Origin: Eledone cirrhosa
Lineage: Eukaryota
Assembly: GCA_964016885.1 (NCBI GenBank)
Contig: OZ024742.1
Location: forward strand, 113,026,001 to 113,090,000
Direction: 5' to 3'
Length of the DNA stretch: 64,000 bases
The translations under genes were made by a program, and so were the position numbers. The notes under the pieces are model-generated. The model was given only the letters and a program-made list of their open reading frames with translations, ran no database searches and was not told the origin of the DNA. Numbering within the stretch: position 1 is the stretch's first letter; each line of letters starts with the position of its first letter. Shown here one piece after another: positions 61,801-64,000 of this stretch.

Positions 61801-62298
61801 TCTCTGGCCTGGCAGTGCTACCGAGGAGCCTTGCCAGTTCGGGATAAACTCTACAGGCATGGAGGTGCCGTCAGCCGGGCATGTCCGAGATGCGCGCAGG
61901 GCGACGAAACCGTCCTGCACGCACTCGTCCAGTGTCCGAAAATTGCTGACTTGTGGGTTTATGTCGAACACCTGCTGTCGCGTTTAGGACGGATCCAGCT
62001 ATCATCTGAGTCTATCGTGAGGATTGCCCCGCCCTCCTCCTTTAGCCGGGAAGGGCAGGCAGTTTTTATCTGTCTGGTGGCCATGGCGAAAGAGATAGTA
62101 TGGTGGACACGTTTGAAAGGGCTGAAGACGAGCACTTACCTCTTCGGTGATGCTCTGATTGACTTTTTCAAATTTCATTTGAAAAGGAAAATCAGAGTAG
62201 AGAAGGAAGTGCTCTCTTCCCAGCATTTTGTTGAAAGATGGGTGAGAGAAGCAAGAATGGCCCGAGTGAATGGGCCGACTCTGAGTATATATCTGTAA
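58879..62298 (+). CDS. LINE ORF2p (1139 aa): APE endonuclease, reverse transcriptase, C-terminal CCHC
   Basis: SINARG, ISETR, VGDWN, YLDRV and TDH (APE); FRPITLLN, DQSKAFDRVDH, RQGCPLS and YADD (RT); CPRC...HALVQC. Confidence 0.97.
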   Translation: MTSLRIGSINARGLGSSWKQGHLLNDLRSLNIDVVAISETRISEARAFAPIFGGFDVYASPSRPGSGGGVAVLFRRGLDLAIRAIFLDPEGKLVVLDVTSGDGQAFRLVAVYAPTGAGRPDFFRRLETFLGTSRSLVLVGDWNGILDARWDCVGLADRGGGCKSLTNLLRRFELSDRYRLDFPNVPMWTWTNRIGSSRSYLDRVFCREIDRSSIGCPQFKIVSYTDHKFVICVLDLDRLHRRGPGYWKLNASLPARKAYRDRISELVKRALTGAIVNNKWWFALKRAIRIESIRFSKALAIEKNRAEGELVRKLDEALSKGIATDVLAAKLALDQFFNAKHEGCVVRARVRALRHEGTKAVQWARVAEARRGNKATIRSLVDHDGRMLLDPGQMCEAFQRHFAQLFGGSGGPGRGMDFSVYLDGLPRLSATEAKCCEKPITAAEVREAMTGCTRGKSPGLDGLPYELYVQMPDLFGGLLADVYCNWQQNGRIPSSVSRGAVALLRKDPNKGDNIDNFRPITLLNTEFKILAKVLAKRLALVVGGLVGEAQTCAIPDRSIHDNLHLMRYIVERVAREPGTGGSLINLDQSKAFDRVDHRYLAAVLRAAGFGPVFRGWIAAMHSDICSVVRVNGHLSEPFNIMRSVRQGCPLSSLLYVLTLEPLLHKLETLRGVPRELGCGRSVSAYADDVTVVVSNAKHIEAIGTTLREYEAVTGAMINQEKSVGLQLGTWRGRSMPSNSVVGRWTDGPVKLLGVWFGPDLQTDKNWDEVTSRVASLTQKWAERKLSLKGRAEVANAYIASVICYRLTVVPCPKPRLTALERLLFRFLWKGRAPMVRRSICCQHPLRGGLGMPWLMMRRHALRLRHLHLFLDGDQVWSPFARRVFPQLVSLTELQSWVKRRPRGSAWRLECLQALTALDQSGNVIGGNSTSAFYRGLVEGKSDDVLGETLGVDENQLANLFGRSFGPGPMDNFQKSLAWQCYRGALPVRDKLYRHGGAVSRACPRCAQGDETVLHALVQCPKIADLWVYVEHLLSRLGRIQLSSESIVRIAPPSSFSREGQAVFICLVAMAKEIVWWTRLKGLKTSTYLFGDALIDFFKFHLKRKIRVEKEVLSSQHFVERWVREARMARVNGPTLSIYL

Positions 62299-62559
62299 AC
62301 TAAAGGTGGAAAACTGGGAGAGGGCACTTGCCTTGGTGGTCAGGGTCATTGTGGCTTTTTACTGGGCTTTCTCCACAAATGTCCCTCCGAAGTCTCCCCC
62401 CTATTGGGGAATTTTTCATTGTTATTTTCATTGTTATTTTTGTTACATCCTCTGTTTTTGTTTTTTTTACACGCAGAAATGCCCATTTGTACCGTCCTGC
62501 ATTGTCCTGCACTGTCCTTAATGTCTACTTTATGTAAACCCTTGTGGTTAATAAAGAAA

Positions 62560-62609
<50 letters not shown>

Positions 62610-64000
62610 GGCGACCTACGTAGGAAATCGTATTATCGTGAGCTCCGCAAAGGTTTGTTATTTCCGTTTGTTTAAAAATTGCCATTTATGGAACATTTTA
62701 TTGTAAACTGTTTATAAGCACACATACATTGTTTTCCGAAAAGGACACCCAAAAAGATTGGGGCCTTGTGCCCAAAATTTTAACTTTTATTATTATCCAA
62801 AAATTTCTTTGAAAAAAAATGGCTAATTCCCCTCTGCACGAAGCAGCTGAAAGCCTTCCTCACAAAATAACACCTCACACCGACACCACCATTGTAAATG
62901 TTACTACGTTTGCCAACACAAAAAAAAATATAAGCAGTAGCAATATTTTAAATTTGTCTCAGGCAGACATTCATTTCCCGCCATTACCAATGACTGCAGG
63001 TGTTAAACCCTCCACCACCACCACCACCGCGACAACCACCACCACCACCACCACCACCACCACCGCGACAACAGAAACAAAAGAAGAAAAAAATAAATTA
63101 ACTCGTGACGTCGAAATGAAATCAAGCAAAATGGACTCTTCCCCACCAAAGACGACTGACGTCACAACCACCACAACTGAAAATAAAATTAATATTAACG
63201 ATAGCAACAACAACAACAATGACATTATAAAACCGACCCTCAGTTTCGCCATCGTAGCAAAACAATTCGAAGCGTTCACGGTAACCCAAGAAGATTTAGA
63301 AAATGCCAAACAAATGGTAAAGAAAGATGGGTACAGGGTCAGCCTCACCCCCCCACCTAATAAAATGGAGCATCGGCGCCTGTGCACCGTGTCGTATAGA
63401 ACAATAAATGTAAAATCGCGCCGAGTGGAACGGGCATCCGAGTCCCAAATCCAAAAAGCTTTGGGGCATGTGTGGGCAAGAAAAACCCACATCAGACGTG
63501 GGCAAAAGTATGGAACCGTGGATGTGTTCTTTGAAACACCAGAGGAGGCTAGAGAACGCTCCATGGCCCCATTAAAAAGTGACGACCTCACACTCGTCCC
63601 AAGCTATTGTGGCCAGAGACTCGTAAAGATCAGGGTGACCCACGTTCCACCGGCCATCGAAATTCCCTGGCTAATAGCGGCTGTCCTCACCGGCATCGAA
63701 GCCAACACGAAAATAATAGCAGTAGCAAAAGAAAAGCAGGAAAACTGGTCCGAATCTGGGATGGAGCTCCTGATCCAAGCGGACCAAAAAAGCATTGAGG
63801 AGATCCCAGAGATAATAGACCTCACTGACGGCAGCCACCTCACGGTAATTGTCGAGGGCAGAAGACCTAGGTGTGTCGTTTGTGGTGAAGGAACCCACCT
63901 AAGGGCTTTCTGCCCTCAGGCTAAAAGGTTGAGGCCACCTCTCCTACCCACCCCAGTGACAAAACCATCAACACCACCAGTAGCAGAGATGGCAGCAACA
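62610..64000 (+). mobile_element. Tx1-like LINE copy D (ORF1 subfamily 2), running off the window
   Basis: Starts directly after the (ATT)n tail of copy C. Its 5' UTR and ORF1 are homologous to copy A. Confidence 0.92.
62819..64000 (+). CDS. ORF1p of copy D (partial, open to the window end)
   Basis: ATG at 62819 is in frame with KPTLSFA, KSRRVERASESQIQKALG and CVVCGEGTHLRAFC. Confidence 0.85.
   Translation, partial: MANSPLHEAAESLPHKITPHTDTTIVNVTTFANTKKNISSSNILNLSQADIHFPPLPMTAGVKPSTTTTTATTTTTTTTTTTATTETKEEKNKLTRDVEMKSSKMDSSPPKTTDVTTTTTENKININDSNNNNNDIIKPTLSFAIVAKQFEAFTVTQEDLENAKQMVKKDGYRVSLTPPPNKMEHRRLCTVSYRTINVKSRRVERASESQIQKALGHVWARKTHIRRGQKYGTVDVFFETPEEARERSMAPLKSDDLTLVPSYCGQRLVKIRVTHVPPAIEIPWLIAAVLTGIEANTKIIAVAKEKQENWSESGMELLIQADQKSIEEIPEIIDLTDGSHLTVIVEGRRPRCVVCGEGTHLRAFCPQAKRLRPPLLPTPVTKPSTPPVAEMAAT

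Larger units (their letters stand above)
56534..62561 (+). mobile_element. Tx1-like (L1 group) LINE copy C, full length and intact
   Basis: 5' UTR, two open ORFs, 3' UTR with AATAAA at 62550 and an (ATT)n tail at 62562-62609. Confidence 0.97.

Noticed and set aside
57886-63898. Antisense and alternate-frame ORFs over the Tx1 copies
   Set aside because: They are shadows of ORF1/ORF2 and of low-complexity ACA/CCA tracts, with no independent motifs.

Overview
This is a repeat-saturated, AT-rich eukaryotic window. It is most likely cephalopod (octopus-like), inferred from the tRNA-SINE at 19746 and the extreme (TA)n content. No confident host gene was found. Two clusters of non-LTR retrotransposons are built on (ATT/AAT)n microsatellites (52-9900 and 48033-64000). 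They contain head-to-tail Tx1-like L1-group LINEs, one fully intact (56534-62561), and R4/Dong-like RLE elements that use the same repeat on the opposite strand. The middle (about 20-47 kb) is a (TA)n-hosted field of Penelope-like element (PLE) remnants, long hairpin insertions and at least 11 well-formed type I hammerhead ribozyme (HHR) motifs. It includes two tandem arrays of about 440-520 nt HHR-bearing units that look like non-LTR retrozymes (potential circular RNAs). Degenerate CRE-like, Tc1/mariner and SINE copies are also present. The most notable hypotheses are the retrozyme arrays, a conserved 53-nt GT-AG interval that would fuse Tx1 ORF1 to ORF2 in frame, and a shared 3' hairpin signal across unrelated (TA)n-inserted elements.
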